This document shows, piece by piece, positions 1 to 13,662 of a stretch of 32,000 nucleotides of DNA (positions are counted from its first letter, which is position 1; each line of letters begins with the position of its first letter). The notes under the pieces are model-generated. The model saw nothing but the letters and a program-made list of their open reading frames with translations. It ran no database searches and was not told the origin of the DNA. Source of the stretch: Blochmannia endosymbiont of Camponotus nipponensis (GTDB lineage: Bacteria > Pseudomonadota > Gammaproteobacteria > Enterobacterales > Enterobacteriaceae). Where the stretch lies: positions 510,001 through 542,000 of the forward strand of contig NZ_CP046534.1 in assembly GCF_009827135.1 (NCBI RefSeq). The letters run 5' to 3'. The translations under genes were made by a program, and so were the position numbers.

Positions 1-2424
1 TATCGTTTGCTAGGATTAAAAGCTACTGTTATCTTAGCTGATCAAATTATGTATACTGGTTTTGCGTATGCTGCTCGTTCTGGAGCTTCTGTTGGTATTG
101 ATGATATGATTATTCCTGTAAAAAAAGCTGATATAATCGATGAAGCAGAATCTGAGGTAGCTGAAATACAGGAACAATTCCAAACCGGATTAGTGACAGC
201 TGGAGAACGTTATAATAAGGTTATTGACATTTGGGCCGCGGCTAACGAACGTGTTGCTCAAGCAATGATGGATAATTTAGCCACTGAAACAGTGATGAAT
301 AGAAATGGACAATTAGAAACTCAGGCGTCATTCAATAATATTTTTATGATGGCAGATTCTGGGGCTCGTGGATCGGCAGCACAAATCCGACAACTTGCTG
401 GTATGCGTGGTTTAATGGCAAAACCAGATGGATCAATTATTGAGACACCTATCACTGCAAATTTTAGGGAAGGACTAAATGTATTACAGTATTTTATTTC
501 TACACATGGAGCGCGTAAAGGATTAGCTGATACTGCTTTAAAAACAGCTAATTCTGGTTATTTAACACGTCGTTTAGTAGATGTAGCACAAGACTTAGTA
601 ATTACACAAGATGATTGTAATACATTTTATGGTATCGTAATGAGTCCTGTTATTGAAGGCGGAGATGTAAAAGAACCATTGCGAGAACGTGTATTAGGTA
701 GAGTTTTGGCGGAAGATATCTTAGAGTCTAATGAAAATAATAAAGTATTAATTGCGCGTAATACTTTATTAGATGAATACTGGTGTGATATTTTAGATGA
801 ACATTCAGTTGATACTGTCAAAGTACGATCTGTTGTAACTTGTGATACTGATTTTGGTGTATGTTCTAAATGTTATGGTAGAGATTTGGCTCGAGGTCAA
901 CTTGTAAATAAAGGGGAAGCGGTTGGTGTTATTGCCGCTCAATCTATTGGAGAGCCAGGTACTCAATTAACTATGCGTACTTTTCATATTGGTGGAGCAG
1001 CCTCTCGCTCTGTTTTAGAATCAAGTATTCAAGTTAAAAATAAGGGTACTATTAATTTTAAAAATATAAAATCTGTGATAAATGGAGAAGGAAAATTAGT
1101 AGTTACATCTCGTAATACTGAGTTAAAAATTGTTGACCAATTTTTTCGAACTAAAGAGAGCTATAAAGTACCTTATGGAGCTATAATAACTAAGAGAAAT
1201 GGTGAAGAAGTAACTCACGGAGAAATAGTAGCTTATTGGGATCCACATACTATGCCGGTGATTGCGGAGGTAAGTGGATTTATTCGATTCATTGACATGA
1301 TAGATGGACAGAGTATTTTTAAACAAACGGATGAACTCACAGGATTAACCTCTATTGTGATATTAGATACTTCTGAGCGTGTGAGTGGAGCTAAAGATTT
1401 AAGACCTACATTAAAAATAGTAGATGTTAATGGTTATGATATTTTTATTCCAGGGACAGATGTTCCTGTCCAATATTTTTTACCTGGTAAAAGTGTTATT
1501 CAATTAGTTGATGGATCCAGAATTATTTCTGGAGATGTATTGGCGAGATTATCGCATGAAAGTAGTGGTACTAAAGATATTACTGGTGGTTTACCTCGTG
1601 TTGCTGATCTTTTTGAAGCACGTCGCCCAAAGGAATCAGCAATTTTAGCGGAAATTAGTGGGATAGTTTCTTTTGGAAAGGAAACTAAAGGTAAACGTCG
1701 TTTAATGATATCTCCCATGGACGATTGTGGTGATGTTTATGAGGAAATGATTCCAAAATGGCGTCACCTTAATGTTTTCGAAGGTGAATACGTAGATCGT
1801 GGAGATGTTATTTCTGATGGCCCGGAATCTCCGCATGATATTTTAAGATTACGTGGAGTACATGCAGTAACTCGTTATATTGTAAATGAAGTACAAGATG
1901 TTTATCGTTTACAGGGAGTAAGAATTAATGATAAACATATTGAAGTTATTGTACGTCAAATGTTACGAAAAGCTACTGTGATTCGATCAGGAAGTTCTGA
2001 TTTTTTAGTAGGTGAACAGGTAGAATATTCACGTATTAAAATTGCCAATAGAAAACTAGAAAATGAAGGAAAAGTCAAGGTAAGTTTTATACGTAATTTA
2101 TTAGGTATCACTAAGGCATCATTAGCCACTGAGTCATTTATTTCTGCGGCGTCTTTTCAGGAAACAACTCGTGTATTAACAGAATCATCTGTAGCTGGAA
2201 AGAGAGATGAGTTGCGTGGTCTGAAAGAAAATGTTATAGTTGGTAGATTGATTCCGGCTGGAACGGGTTATTCTTATCATCAGGAACGTATGTGTCGTCG
2301 TCATGTTAGTAATAAAAGTGAAACAGAACAACAATCTATAAAAACAAATATTTCTGTTCAAATTACAGCGGATGAAGCATCAGCAAATTTAACTGAATTA
2401 TTAAATGCAACTCCTTTAAAATAA
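1..2424 (+). CDS. rpoC: DNA-directed RNA polymerase subunit beta' (C-terminal ~807 codons; 5' end lies outside the window)
   Basis: Frame 1 is open from nt 1 to the stop at 2422-2424. The translation is collinear with enterobacterial RpoC ([64 protein letters not shown]...[17 protein letters not shown]). Confidence 0.97.
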   Translation, partial: YRLLGLKATVILADQIMYTGFAYAARSGASVGIDDMIIPVKKADIIDEAESEVAEIQEQFQTGLVTAGERYNKVIDIWAAANERVAQAMMDNLATETVMNRNGQLETQASFNNIFMMADSGARGSAAQIRQLAGMRGLMAKPDGSIIETPITANFREGLNVLQYFISTHGARKGLADTALKTANSGYLTRRLVDVAQDLVITQDDCNTFYGIVMSPVIEGGDVKEPLRERVLGRVLAEDILESNENNKVLIARNTLLDEYWCDILDEHSVDTVKVRSVVTCDTDFGVCSKCYGRDLARGQLVNKGEAVGVIAAQSIGEPGTQLTMRTFHIGGAASRSVLESSIQVKNKGTINFKNIKSVINGEGKLVVTSRNTELKIVDQFFRTKESYKVPYGAIITKRNGEEVTHGEIVAYWDPHTMPVIAEVSGFIRFIDMIDGQSIFKQTDELTGLTSIVILDTSERVSGAKDLRPTLKIVDVNGYDIFIPGTDVPVQYFLPGKSVIQLVDGSRIISGDVLARLSHESSGTKDITGGLPRVADLFEARRPKESAILAEISGIVSFGKETKGKRRLMISPMDDCGDVYEEMIPKWRHLNVFEGEYVDRGDVISDGPESPHDILRLRGVHAVTRYIVNEVQDVYRLQGVRINDKHIEVIVRQMLRKATVIRSGSSDFLVGEQVEYSRIKIANRKLENEGKVKVSFIRNLLGITKASLATESFISAASFQETTRVLTESSVAGKRDELRGLKENVIVGRLIPAGTGYSYHQERMCRRHVSNKSETEQQSIKTNISVQITADEASANLTELLNATPLK
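738..771. repeat. Inverted repeat inside rpoC: 13-bp perfect arms (taataaagtatta / taatactttatta), 8-nt loop attgcgcg
   Basis: Checked base by base (738 pairs with 771 through 750 with 759). Arms are 12/13 A/T, so statistical weight is low. Confidence 0.6.
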
Positions 2425-2836
2425 ATTTATGTTAGGTTGTCTATTGGAATCATTATGTTTTGCATTTAATATGGTATATTATTATATGATTTGATACAGA
2501 GTGATTTGACTTATATTTTATATATATATTTTCATATTTGAAAGTTTCAAGAGATACTATAATTGTATTAAAAATTTTTATTTTTTATAAAAAAACACAA
2601 TGAGCCTAAGTACATTAAAAATATAGTCAAATACAGTATAAATATAAAAAAGGAACTAATAACTGTTTTACTGCATTATTTATCGTTTATTAATGATATG
2701 AACTGTGATTTTTAATCAAATATGATATTTGAATTAATGAGAATTCTTTATTATTTTTTGTGAATGTTCATTGTTTGGTTACTAAAACGTTTCTATTTAT
2801 ATGTTTCTCAGGGGATATGTAACAATTTTTAAATAA

Positions 2837-4465
2837 TTAATGCCTAAAATGTCGGATATGTGTAAAAATCATCGCAATACCATATTGGTTAGCAGTATTA
2901 ATGATTTCCTGATCTCGAATAGATCCTCCTGGCTGTATGATGCAATTAATCCCCTTTTCTGATGCGATATGTATCGCATCAGAAAAGGGGAAAAAAGCAT
3001 CAGATGCCATCACTGATCCTTTCATATTCAATGTACATTGTTGTTTTTTGAAAGAGGTAGCTATTTTTACTGCATGTACTCGATTCATTTGCCCGGTTCC
3101 GATGCCAGTAGTTTGATGATTTTTAGCGCAAACAATTGCATTAGATTTGACAAATTTAACTATTTTCCAACAGAATAGTGCATCTTTCATAGCTTCTTTT
3201 GTTGGCTGGCAAGTAGTAACTATTTCTAAGTATTTTGAATTCATCATAATATCGTAATCTTGTACTAATAATCCACCATTAACTCGTTTACAATCTATAT
3301 CTGATATTCTTGGGGACCACATACCACACTGTAGTATTCGTATATCTTTTTTAATAGATAAAATATTGAGACAATCTTGATTAATATTTGGGGCAATAAT
3401 TGCTTCTACAAATTGTTGTTTAATAATGGCTTGAGCTGTATCTTTATCTAAAGATCGATTAAAAGCAATGATTCCTCCGAATGCAGAAATAGGATCTGCT
3501 TGATAAGCTTTAGCATACGCGGAACTAATAGTATCAGATGTAGCTACGCCACATGGATTAGTGTGTTTTACAATTACACAGGTTGGTGCGTTGAACATTT
3601 TTACACATTCTAAAGCTGTGTCCATATCTATAACATTGTTATAAGATAATGGTTTTCCTTGTAATTGTTGAGCAGAAGCAATAGTTCCTGTGTGTTTCGT
3701 ATATGTATCTACATAAAACGCTGCTCGTTGATGTGGATTTTCTCCATAACGCATGTCTTGTTTTTTTATAAATTTAAGATTCATAAAGGTTAAATTTTTA
3801 GGAAAATAATGATGAACTTGAGTATTATTGTGATTATTAGTAATGGATGTGTTGTAATTATTTTTTAATTGATGATTAAAATAATCAGAAATGGCATTAT
3901 CATATTCAGTAACATATTGAAATGCTTTTGCAGCTAAATAAAAACGAGTTTTGAAACTGAGTAATCCGTTGCAACGATTGATTTCATCTAAAATTTTTTT
4001 ATAGTTATTATTGTTGACTACAATGGCTACATTTTTATAATTTTTTGCAGCTGCTCTCACCATACTTGGGCCACTGATATCGATATATTCTAATATTTCT
4101 TCTTGAGAGTATTTTTTGTTTTTTATAAGCTCAGAAGTAAATGAGTAAAAATTCACCACTACCATATCAATTGGTTGAATATTATATTGATGCATGACAG
4201 TATCATCTAATCCTCTTCTACCAAGAATTCCGGCGTATATTTTGTGATGTAATGTTTTGATTCGTCCGTTCATTATTTCAGGTAGTTTGGTATAATCGGA
4301 AATTTTACGTACTGGTAGTCCAGCATCAGATAATATTCGAGCTGTACCCTCAGTTGATAATAATTCAATACCCCGTTGGACTAATGATTGAGCAAATTCT
4401 AAAACATTGGATTTGTCAAATACACTAATTAGTACACGACGAATTAACAATGATGATTGTGTCAT
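2837..4465 (-). CDS. purH: Bifunctional AICAR transformylase / IMP cyclohydrolase
   Basis: 542-aa ORF collinear with E. coli PurH (ALISVSDK-like N-terminus, MRYGENPHQ, SDAFFPF, IQPGGSIRD, FTHIRHFRH C-terminus). It is divergent from the rRNA operon, as purH is next to rrnE in E. coli. Confidence 0.95.
   Translation of the reverse strand: MTQSSLLIRRVLISVFDKSNVLEFAQSLVQRGIELLSTEGTARILSDAGLPVRKISDYTKLPEIMNGRIKTLHHKIYAGILGRRGLDDTVMHQYNIQPIDMVVVNFYSFTSELIKNKKYSQEEILEYIDISGPSMVRAAAKNYKNVAIVVNNNNYKKILDEINRCNGLLSFKTRFYLAAKAFQYVTEYDNAISDYFNHQLKNNYNTSITNNHNNTQVHHYFPKNLTFMNLKFIKKQDMRYGENPHQRAAFYVDTYTKHTGTIASAQQLQGKPLSYNNVIDMDTALECVKMFNAPTCVIVKHTNPCGVATSDTISSAYAKAYQADPISAFGGIIAFNRSLDKDTAQAIIKQQFVEAIIAPNINQDCLNILSIKKDIRILQCGMWSPRISDIDCKRVNGGLLVQDYDIMMNSKYLEIVTTCQPTKEAMKDALFCWKIVKFVKSNAIVCAKNHQTTGIGTGQMNRVHAVKIATSFKKQQCTLNMKGSVMASDAFFPFSDAIHIASEKGINCIIQPGGSIRDQEIINTANQYGIAMIFTHIRHFRH
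2950..2991. repeat. 42-bp near-perfect palindrome inside purH (20-bp arms, 2-nt centre tg)
   Basis: tccccttttctgatgcgata-tg-tatcgcatcagaaaagggga. All 20 arm positions are complementary and 10 are G/C pairs. It encodes FPFSDAIHIASEKGI in frame. Confidence 0.95.
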
Positions 4466-4659
4466 AATGTCCTCATAATAATAATTAAACTACGATATTT
4501 ATGCAGTGTAGCAAATATTACATATGGTAACATAATTATAATATTGTTATATATCATTTTTTAAGATGTAAAATTATTTATCATCATTGCATAATTATGA
4601 AAATATAATTAAATATTTTGAAATAAAACTATCAAATTATAGAAATGGTATAAATACTA

Positions 4660-4686
4660 TTGACATCAGATCAAATCAATGATAAT
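4660..4686 (+). promoter_or_regulatory. Candidate sigma70 rRNA promoter (-35 TTGACA at 4660-4665; -10 GATAAT at 4681-4686, 15-bp spacer), preceded by an A/T-rich UP-like tract
   Basis: Perfect -35 hexamer ~235 nt upstream of mature 16S and upstream of boxA. The spacing is short and there is no GC-rich discriminator. Motif match only. Confidence 0.3.
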
Positions 4687-4738
4687 GATATATTTGTTTT
4701 ACTGTAGAATAGTATGAGTTTATATAGTTGAGTAACAT

Positions 4739-4751
4739 AGTTCTTTAACAA
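4739..4751 (+). promoter_or_regulatory. boxA antitermination element in the rrn leader
   Basis: agttctttaacaa versus the E. coli rrn boxA tgctctttaacaa (11/13, core TCTTTAACAA identical). Placed between the candidate promoter and the 16S processing stem. Confidence 0.65.
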
Positions 4752-4767
4752 ATTGGATTCTTTAGAT

Positions 4768-4783
4768 AATTTATGTGGGCACT
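4768..4783 (+). other. 5' strand of the 16S precursor processing stem (pairs with 6485-6500)
   Basis: aatttatgtgggcact is the exact reverse complement of agtgcccacataaatt at 6485-6500. The pair brackets mature 16S as the RNase III stem does in E. coli. Confidence 0.75.
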
Positions 4784-4895
4784 TAGGCAAGTATAAGATG
4801 TAGTATAATATTGTTTATAAAAAATGAAGAAAATGATTGAATGGTAGTGAGATATAAAAATTAATCGTTTATTTTTTATAAATGGAAACTGATTT

Positions 4896-6463
<1,568 letters not shown>

Positions 6464-6484
6464 CTTATCAAATAATATGAGCAC

Positions 6485-6500
6485 AGTGCCCACATAAATT
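6485..6500 (+). other. 3' strand of the 16S precursor processing stem (pairs with 4768-4783)
   Basis: 16/16 complementarity with 4768-4783. Confidence 0.75.
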
Positions 6501-6584
6501 GTCTAACATGTTTTTGGACGATTAAAATATTATTGTTGTATTTATAAATACCAAGTTTTAATTTTTTTGTTACTAGAGAGCTTG

Positions 6585-6657
6585 GTCCCCTTCGTCTAGA
6601 GGTCTAGGACACTGCCCTTTCACGGCGGCAACAGGGGTTCGAAGCCCCTAGGGGACA
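6585..6657 (+). tRNA. gltW-like: tRNA-Glu (anticodon UUC), spacer tRNA; 3' CCA not encoded
   Basis: gtccccttcgtctagaggtctaggacactgccctttcacggcggcaacaggggttcgaagcccctaggggaca is near-identical to E. coli tRNA-Glu2. Anticodon loop is ctTTCac. The acceptor end is followed by tta, not cca. Confidence 0.95.
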
Positions 6658-6722
6658 TTATGAGTGTAGGGTTTTATAGTGGTAATTTATTATTATATTT
6701 ATAAATGAAAATTTGGTATTTT

Positions 6723-6735
6723 TGTTCTTTAACAA
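6723..6735 (+). promoter_or_regulatory. boxA antitermination element in the 16S-23S spacer
   Basis: tgttctttaacaa matches 12/13 of the E. coli boxA tgctctttaacaa. Its position downstream of the spacer tRNA matches E. coli rrn operons. Confidence 0.65.
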
Positions 6736-6973
6736 TCAGGAAAAAACTTAAAATCATATTTTAGTAGTGTTGGTATAAACGTTATACTATATGTATTTAT
6801 TTATAAGTATAAGTTTTATAATTTTATATCTCTAAAAAATATGATTTGATAACGGTTTTATTTATATATGTGTAAAGTGATCAATATAAATGTAAATTAT
6901 GTTATTATGAAATATAATAAAGATTAGTGTTGTTATGTTTTAAATATGTATAATTTATATAATAAAAAATTAG

Positions 6974-6990
6974 AAATCTGAGGATTGCGA

Positions 6991-6997
<7 letters not shown>
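6974..6997 (+). other. 5' strand of the extended 23S helix-1 / processing stem (pairs with 9975-9999)
   Basis: aaatctgaggattgcgaagttaag pairs with cttaacttcgcaatacctgagattt. There are 14 contiguous bp plus 6+3 further bp, with one mismatch and one bulge. Confidence 0.7.
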
Positions 6998-9982
<2,985 letters not shown>

Positions 9983-10069
9983 CGCAATACCTGAGATTTT
10001 TAAATAGTGGAATTATATATATGAATTTTTTAGAAATATAAAGATAAGAAATACATATCTTTTTGTTTA

Positions 10070-11446
10070 TTATAAAATACGAATAATTAACCGATCAAAT
10101 CTAATTTTATGCATTCTGTAAAGTAATTGTCTTACCCTTGTGGGGTAATCAGATATTTGTTGCAATGATGCGTAATGTGTAATGATGTTTGTATGTGTAC
10201 GAATATTATTTAATTCTTTGTTCTTTTGCTGAAGCAATGCTTTGCATGGATCATGTATAAGTAAGGCATTTTCTAGATCGAATCTTATAGCTCTAAGATT
10301 TAAATTATTTCCTGTAAGTAACTGCCACTCATCATCTATCCAAATACCTTTAACGTGATATCCATTATTGCCTTCTCTCCACATACGTACGGTTAATTGT
10401 TTATTATCAATGTATTTTTGCAACTTTTTTAAAAAATAACGTAAATTTAATTCATATAAATATGGCAAAGAACTCATTAATGTAAATGGCTGATGTGCAG
10501 GAACATAAAAATCATTAGCAATTTTGTCTCCTACAATAATTTCCATTTTTATGCCTTGATTCAACAGACAAATGAAGGTACGAATCAACGCATTAGAAAT
10601 ATTAAAATAAGGTGTACACAATATAATTTTATTTTTTGTTGAACAAATCAAATGGTAAATTGTTTGATTGAGTGTGCTATTTTTACCCAAACCAACTAAT
10701 GGAGCAATTGCTAATTCGTTAAATTCGGCATTGCCATGATAACAATAACAAATCTTTCGTAAATTACGACGTAGTAAACGAATTCTGTTCCTATTTTTGC
10801 TTAATTTCTTTAAAGAATGTTCATATCCTAAATTATTAGTTGCTTTTGAAGATAATAGAGCTTCATCAATATAATTTAACATACTATCAGATAATTGTTG
10901 ATTGCGTATTACATGATATCGATCATATCGATATTTAGTGTTTATATGTAAATACTCATCACTTAAATTGGCTCCGCTATATAATATTTTATCATCAATA
11001 ATACACCCCTTTAAATGTAGTACTCCTAATATTTCATTTATATTAATTGGTATTCCATATATTGCTATTTCAGTATTGGGATATTTTTTAACGATATCTG
11101 CGTACCAATCCATATTTGTGTATTCTTTAGATGAACCAATGCGATTTCTCTGTGCACGATGCCAATCTACTAAAATTTTAATTTTAATTTGTGGACGAAG
11201 TTTTTTGACTTGCAGTAAAGCATCAATGATTTTTTTTCCTCCTTGATCTCCGTCTAAATAAAGTGTTACTAAACAGATATGATTATATGCTTTGGAAATA
11301 GAGTATAGTAATTCATCGCTAAATTCCTTAGGACTATATAAAATTTTAAAATGATCTATTTTTTGAATAATTTTAGGTAATTCCATAAGAAATTTTTGAT
11401 GACTATCGTATGTATCCGATTTATTATATTTTTTACTTCTTATCAT
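10070..11446 (-). CDS. pssA: CDP-diacylglycerol--serine O-phosphatidyltransferase (phosphatidylserine synthase, PLD-type)
   Basis: 458-aa ORF collinear with E. coli PssA. Two HKD motifs (HLKGCIIDD, HVKGIWIDD), VDWHRAQR, and a DRLIIRIL C-terminus. Confidence 0.93.
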   Translation of the reverse strand: MIRSKKYNKSDTYDSHQKFLMELPKIIQKIDHFKILYSPKEFSDELLYSISKAYNHICLVTLYLDGDQGGKKIIDALLQVKKLRPQIKIKILVDWHRAQRNRIGSSKEYTNMDWYADIVKKYPNTEIAIYGIPININEILGVLHLKGCIIDDKILYSGANLSDEYLHINTKYRYDRYHVIRNQQLSDSMLNYIDEALLSSKATNNLGYEHSLKKLSKNRNRIRLLRRNLRKICYCYHGNAEFNELAIAPLVGLGKNSTLNQTIYHLICSTKNKIILCTPYFNISNALIRTFICLLNQGIKMEIIVGDKIANDFYVPAHQPFTLMSSLPYLYELNLRYFLKKLQKYIDNKQLTVRMWREGNNGYHVKGIWIDDEWQLLTGNNLNLRAIRFDLENALLIHDPCKALLQQKNKELNNIRTHTNIITHYASLQQISDYPTRVRQLLYRMHKIRFDRLIIRIL

Positions 11447-11948
11447 AATAAATAAAATATTTTATCTGAATTTTAATAATATATATTTAAATATACTGGC
11501 AATTTCAATATAAAATTAATGTTCTAATGAACAAAATAAGTATTATATCTAGAGAGAAAAGAATAAACATCGGAGATTTTAAATTTTTTTGAAATAATTT
11601 TGATTTTTTTATTAAATTCTCACTGATTATATATTCAATACTGTATCATATGATACGCACATGATCTATGTGAAATTTATAGATAATAATTTTCAGTAGT
11701 AAAATGTTTACAAATGAATGAATTATGGAATAATGAAGATTACAATAGGTAGTAATGAGATCATATTTTTTTGTATTGTATTTATAATAAATGTTTTTAT
11801 TTGTAGAGTACAAAAGTAAGTTATTTATAAATAACACTTGGTATTATCATTCATGTATGAAACACAATATCTCTAATTTAGATTTTTATATATCTTTACA
11901 AATATATAAATTATAAAAATTATTTTTTAAACCTAAAAATTTATATAA

Positions 11949-12278
11949 TTAGTGTTCTATTGTTTTAGAAAATACATTGATTAATATAACACCGATAATA
12001 ATTAAAGCGATACCAATAATAGCTAAATGGTCTAATTTTTGATCATAAAATATATATCCTGCTACGGTAATAAAAATAATACCAAGCCCAGCCCAACAAG
12101 AATATGCAATACCCATTGGTATTGTTTGTAATACTAAAGATAATAATATAAAAGAAAGAGTATAACCAATTACTACTACAATAGCAGGATATAGTTTGCT
12201 AAATCCTTCAGATGCTTTTAAGGAAGCAGTAGCAATAACTTCTGAAAGAATAGCAATAAATAAATATAAATAGTCCAT
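11949..12278 (-). CDS. Small multidrug resistance (SMR) family transporter, EmrE-like
   Basis: 109 aa with four hydrophobic segments. TM1 carries a membrane-embedded Glu (AILSEVIATASLKASEGF) and an SMR signature (PMGIAYSCWAGLGII). Length and motifs resemble EmrE/Qac more than SugE, but the subfamily is not certain. Confidence 0.85.
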   Translation of the reverse strand: MDYLYLFIAILSEVIATASLKASEGFSKLYPAIVVVIGYTLSFILLSLVLQTIPMGIAYSCWAGLGIIFITVAGYIFYDQKLDHLAIIGIALIIIGVILINVFSKTIEH

Positions 12279-12582
12279 ATAATTTCATTCTTTATTCTCA
12301 AAAACTTAATTACATATTATAGATGTATTTGTATTTAATGATAACAATAAGAAAATAAACATTATTTTATTAGATTGATGTTTGAGCGGAACAGTAAGAA
12401 AATAATTGCATATGTGTTAAATAATAAATTATAAAAAATATACAAACAAACCAGAATATAAACTTTATTCATTATCAATTTTATTTTTATTCACTTTATA
12501 TATTTGTGATTAAACATACAAAACAATAAGTATCTTTTAGCATTCAATTTAATTGCTATATTAATTACAGGTCTAAAATTGC

Positions 12583-12979
12583 GGTGGAGCTGGCGGGATT
12601 CGAACCCGCGTCCAAAATTCTTTTTATTTGCAGTTACCTACATGTTTAGGTCTTATACTGTATTTTGTTAACTTAGATATACTAAGACCAATCACTAAGT
12701 CAACTAGCTTCTTTATACATTTAACGCATGGCTAGAAGCAAGTCATGCGTGCGCTCTTATTTGTATGACCTCTCTTATTTATTTGTTTTAATGTTTAAGA
12801 GTGAACATTAAAACTAGAGAGGGAATCTTCAGGGTATTAATCTGATCACGCTGCTAAATCAGCAGATTCATTGTATGTACTATTTGCAGTTATTTTTTTG
12901 AGGTTGTTTTACGAGGCCTACCTCACCTCGACATGCACTGTAAATAATAAGGTATTCTGTCGAATCCAAAATCAGCCCC
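12583..12979 (-). ncRNA. ssrA: tmRNA (SsrA), one-piece; tag ORF 12887..12846 encodes ANSTYNESADLAA then stop
   Basis: 5' ggggctgattttggattcgac, and 3' ggacgcgggttcgaatcccgccagctccacc matches the E. coli tRNA-like domain. Resume codon GCA sits after caaaaaaataact. Located immediately downstream of smpB, as in E. coli. The terminal A of CCA is not encoded (reads ccg). Confidence 0.93.
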
Positions 12980-13001
12980 ATTTTCGTATTAAATATAAGG
13001 T

Positions 13002-13030
13002 ATCTTATCATCACAATACTGTATATGCAA
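13002..13030 (-). promoter_or_regulatory. Candidate sigma70 promoter for ssrA (-35 TTGCAT, 17-bp spacer, -10 TAAGAT on the minus strand)
   Basis: Motif match only. It would give a short 5' leader to be trimmed by RNase P. Confidence 0.25.
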
Positions 13031-13037
13031 GTATTAT

Positions 13038-13502
13038 TTATTTTCTATGTTTTAAGATATGTATTTTTTCTTTTTTCCATTTTTTCATATGTATTATATT
13101 TCTTTTATCATGTTTTTTTTTCCCTTTAACAACCCCAATATTTGCTTTAATCCAAGAATTTTTCCAATGTAAATCCAAAATAATTACAGTGTATCCTTGT
13201 TGGTTAATTTTTTCTGTTAAAAATAATAGTTCGTGTTTTTTTAATAATAATTTACGTATACGAATTGAATGCTGTGTCTCGTTATAGAATTGAGTGATAT
13301 TTGGTTGAAATATAGAATTATAAATATACGCTTCTTGATTACAAAATGATATGTAACTGTTATCAATAGTTACTGTATTAGAGCGTGCAGATTTTACCTC
13401 CCATCCTAATAATGCAATCCCAGATTCAAGTTGTTTTTCAATGAAATATTCATGGTATACACGTTTATTTTGTGTAATTTTTTTTAAAATTAATTGATTC
13501 AT
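13038..13502 (-). CDS. smpB: SsrA-binding protein
   Basis: 154-aa ORF with SmpB-like sequence (NKRVYHEYFIE, GIALLGWEVKS, LLLKKHEL) and a basic C-terminal tail. Adjacent to ssrA. Confidence 0.95.
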   Translation of the reverse strand: MNQLILKKITQNKRVYHEYFIEKQLESGIALLGWEVKSARSNTVTIDNSYISFCNQEAYIYNSIFQPNITQFYNETQHSIRIRKLLLKKHELLFLTEKINQQGYTVIILDLHWKNSWIKANIGVVKGKKKHDKRNIIHMKKWKKEKIHILKHRK

Positions 13503-13662
13503 AATAAATTTTTAAGAAAATTTTTTATTTTTATCGTTTAAAAATAAATATATCGTTAAGTATTATATATTATCTATTTTATGGTACAATCAAATGTCAT
13601 GTTCTGTATAGTTAATTACTAATATAAACATAAGATTAAAAAATCTGTAAGAATTGGTTTAT

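Noticed and set aside
627-1718. Antisense ORFs within rpoC (627-821, 1123-1326, 1500-1718). Similar antisense ORFs occur in pssA (10938-11246), grpE (15956-16153), ung (17076-17273, 17303-17500), iscS (28069-28296), rlmN (30331-30573) and ispG (31676-31918)
   Set aside because: Each is fully embedded opposite a strongly conserved CDS and has no homology signal. These are shadow ORFs.
10040-10062. aaagata-N9-tatcttt hairpin between the 23S gene and pssA as a bidirectional terminator
   Set aside because: It has only a 7-bp all-weak stem. That is too unstable to call a terminator from sequence alone.
11646-11837. 63-aa minus-strand ORF in the pssA-SMR spacer
   Set aside because: Asn/Ile/Tyr/Lys-rich translation typical of random A/T sequence. 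It has no ribosome-binding site and no recognisable family. At most it is an eroded remnant.
12871-13287. 138-aa plus-strand ORF
   Set aside because: Its 5' part overlaps the tmRNA gene and the rest is antisense to smpB. The product is low-complexity and Phe/Ile-rich, with no SD.
13654-13662. Upstream TTG starts given by the ORF track for ratA (13654) and glyA (24179), and the upstream ATG for ung (17442)
   Set aside because: Alignment with E. coli N-termini favours the internal ATGs at 13663, 24203 and 17409.
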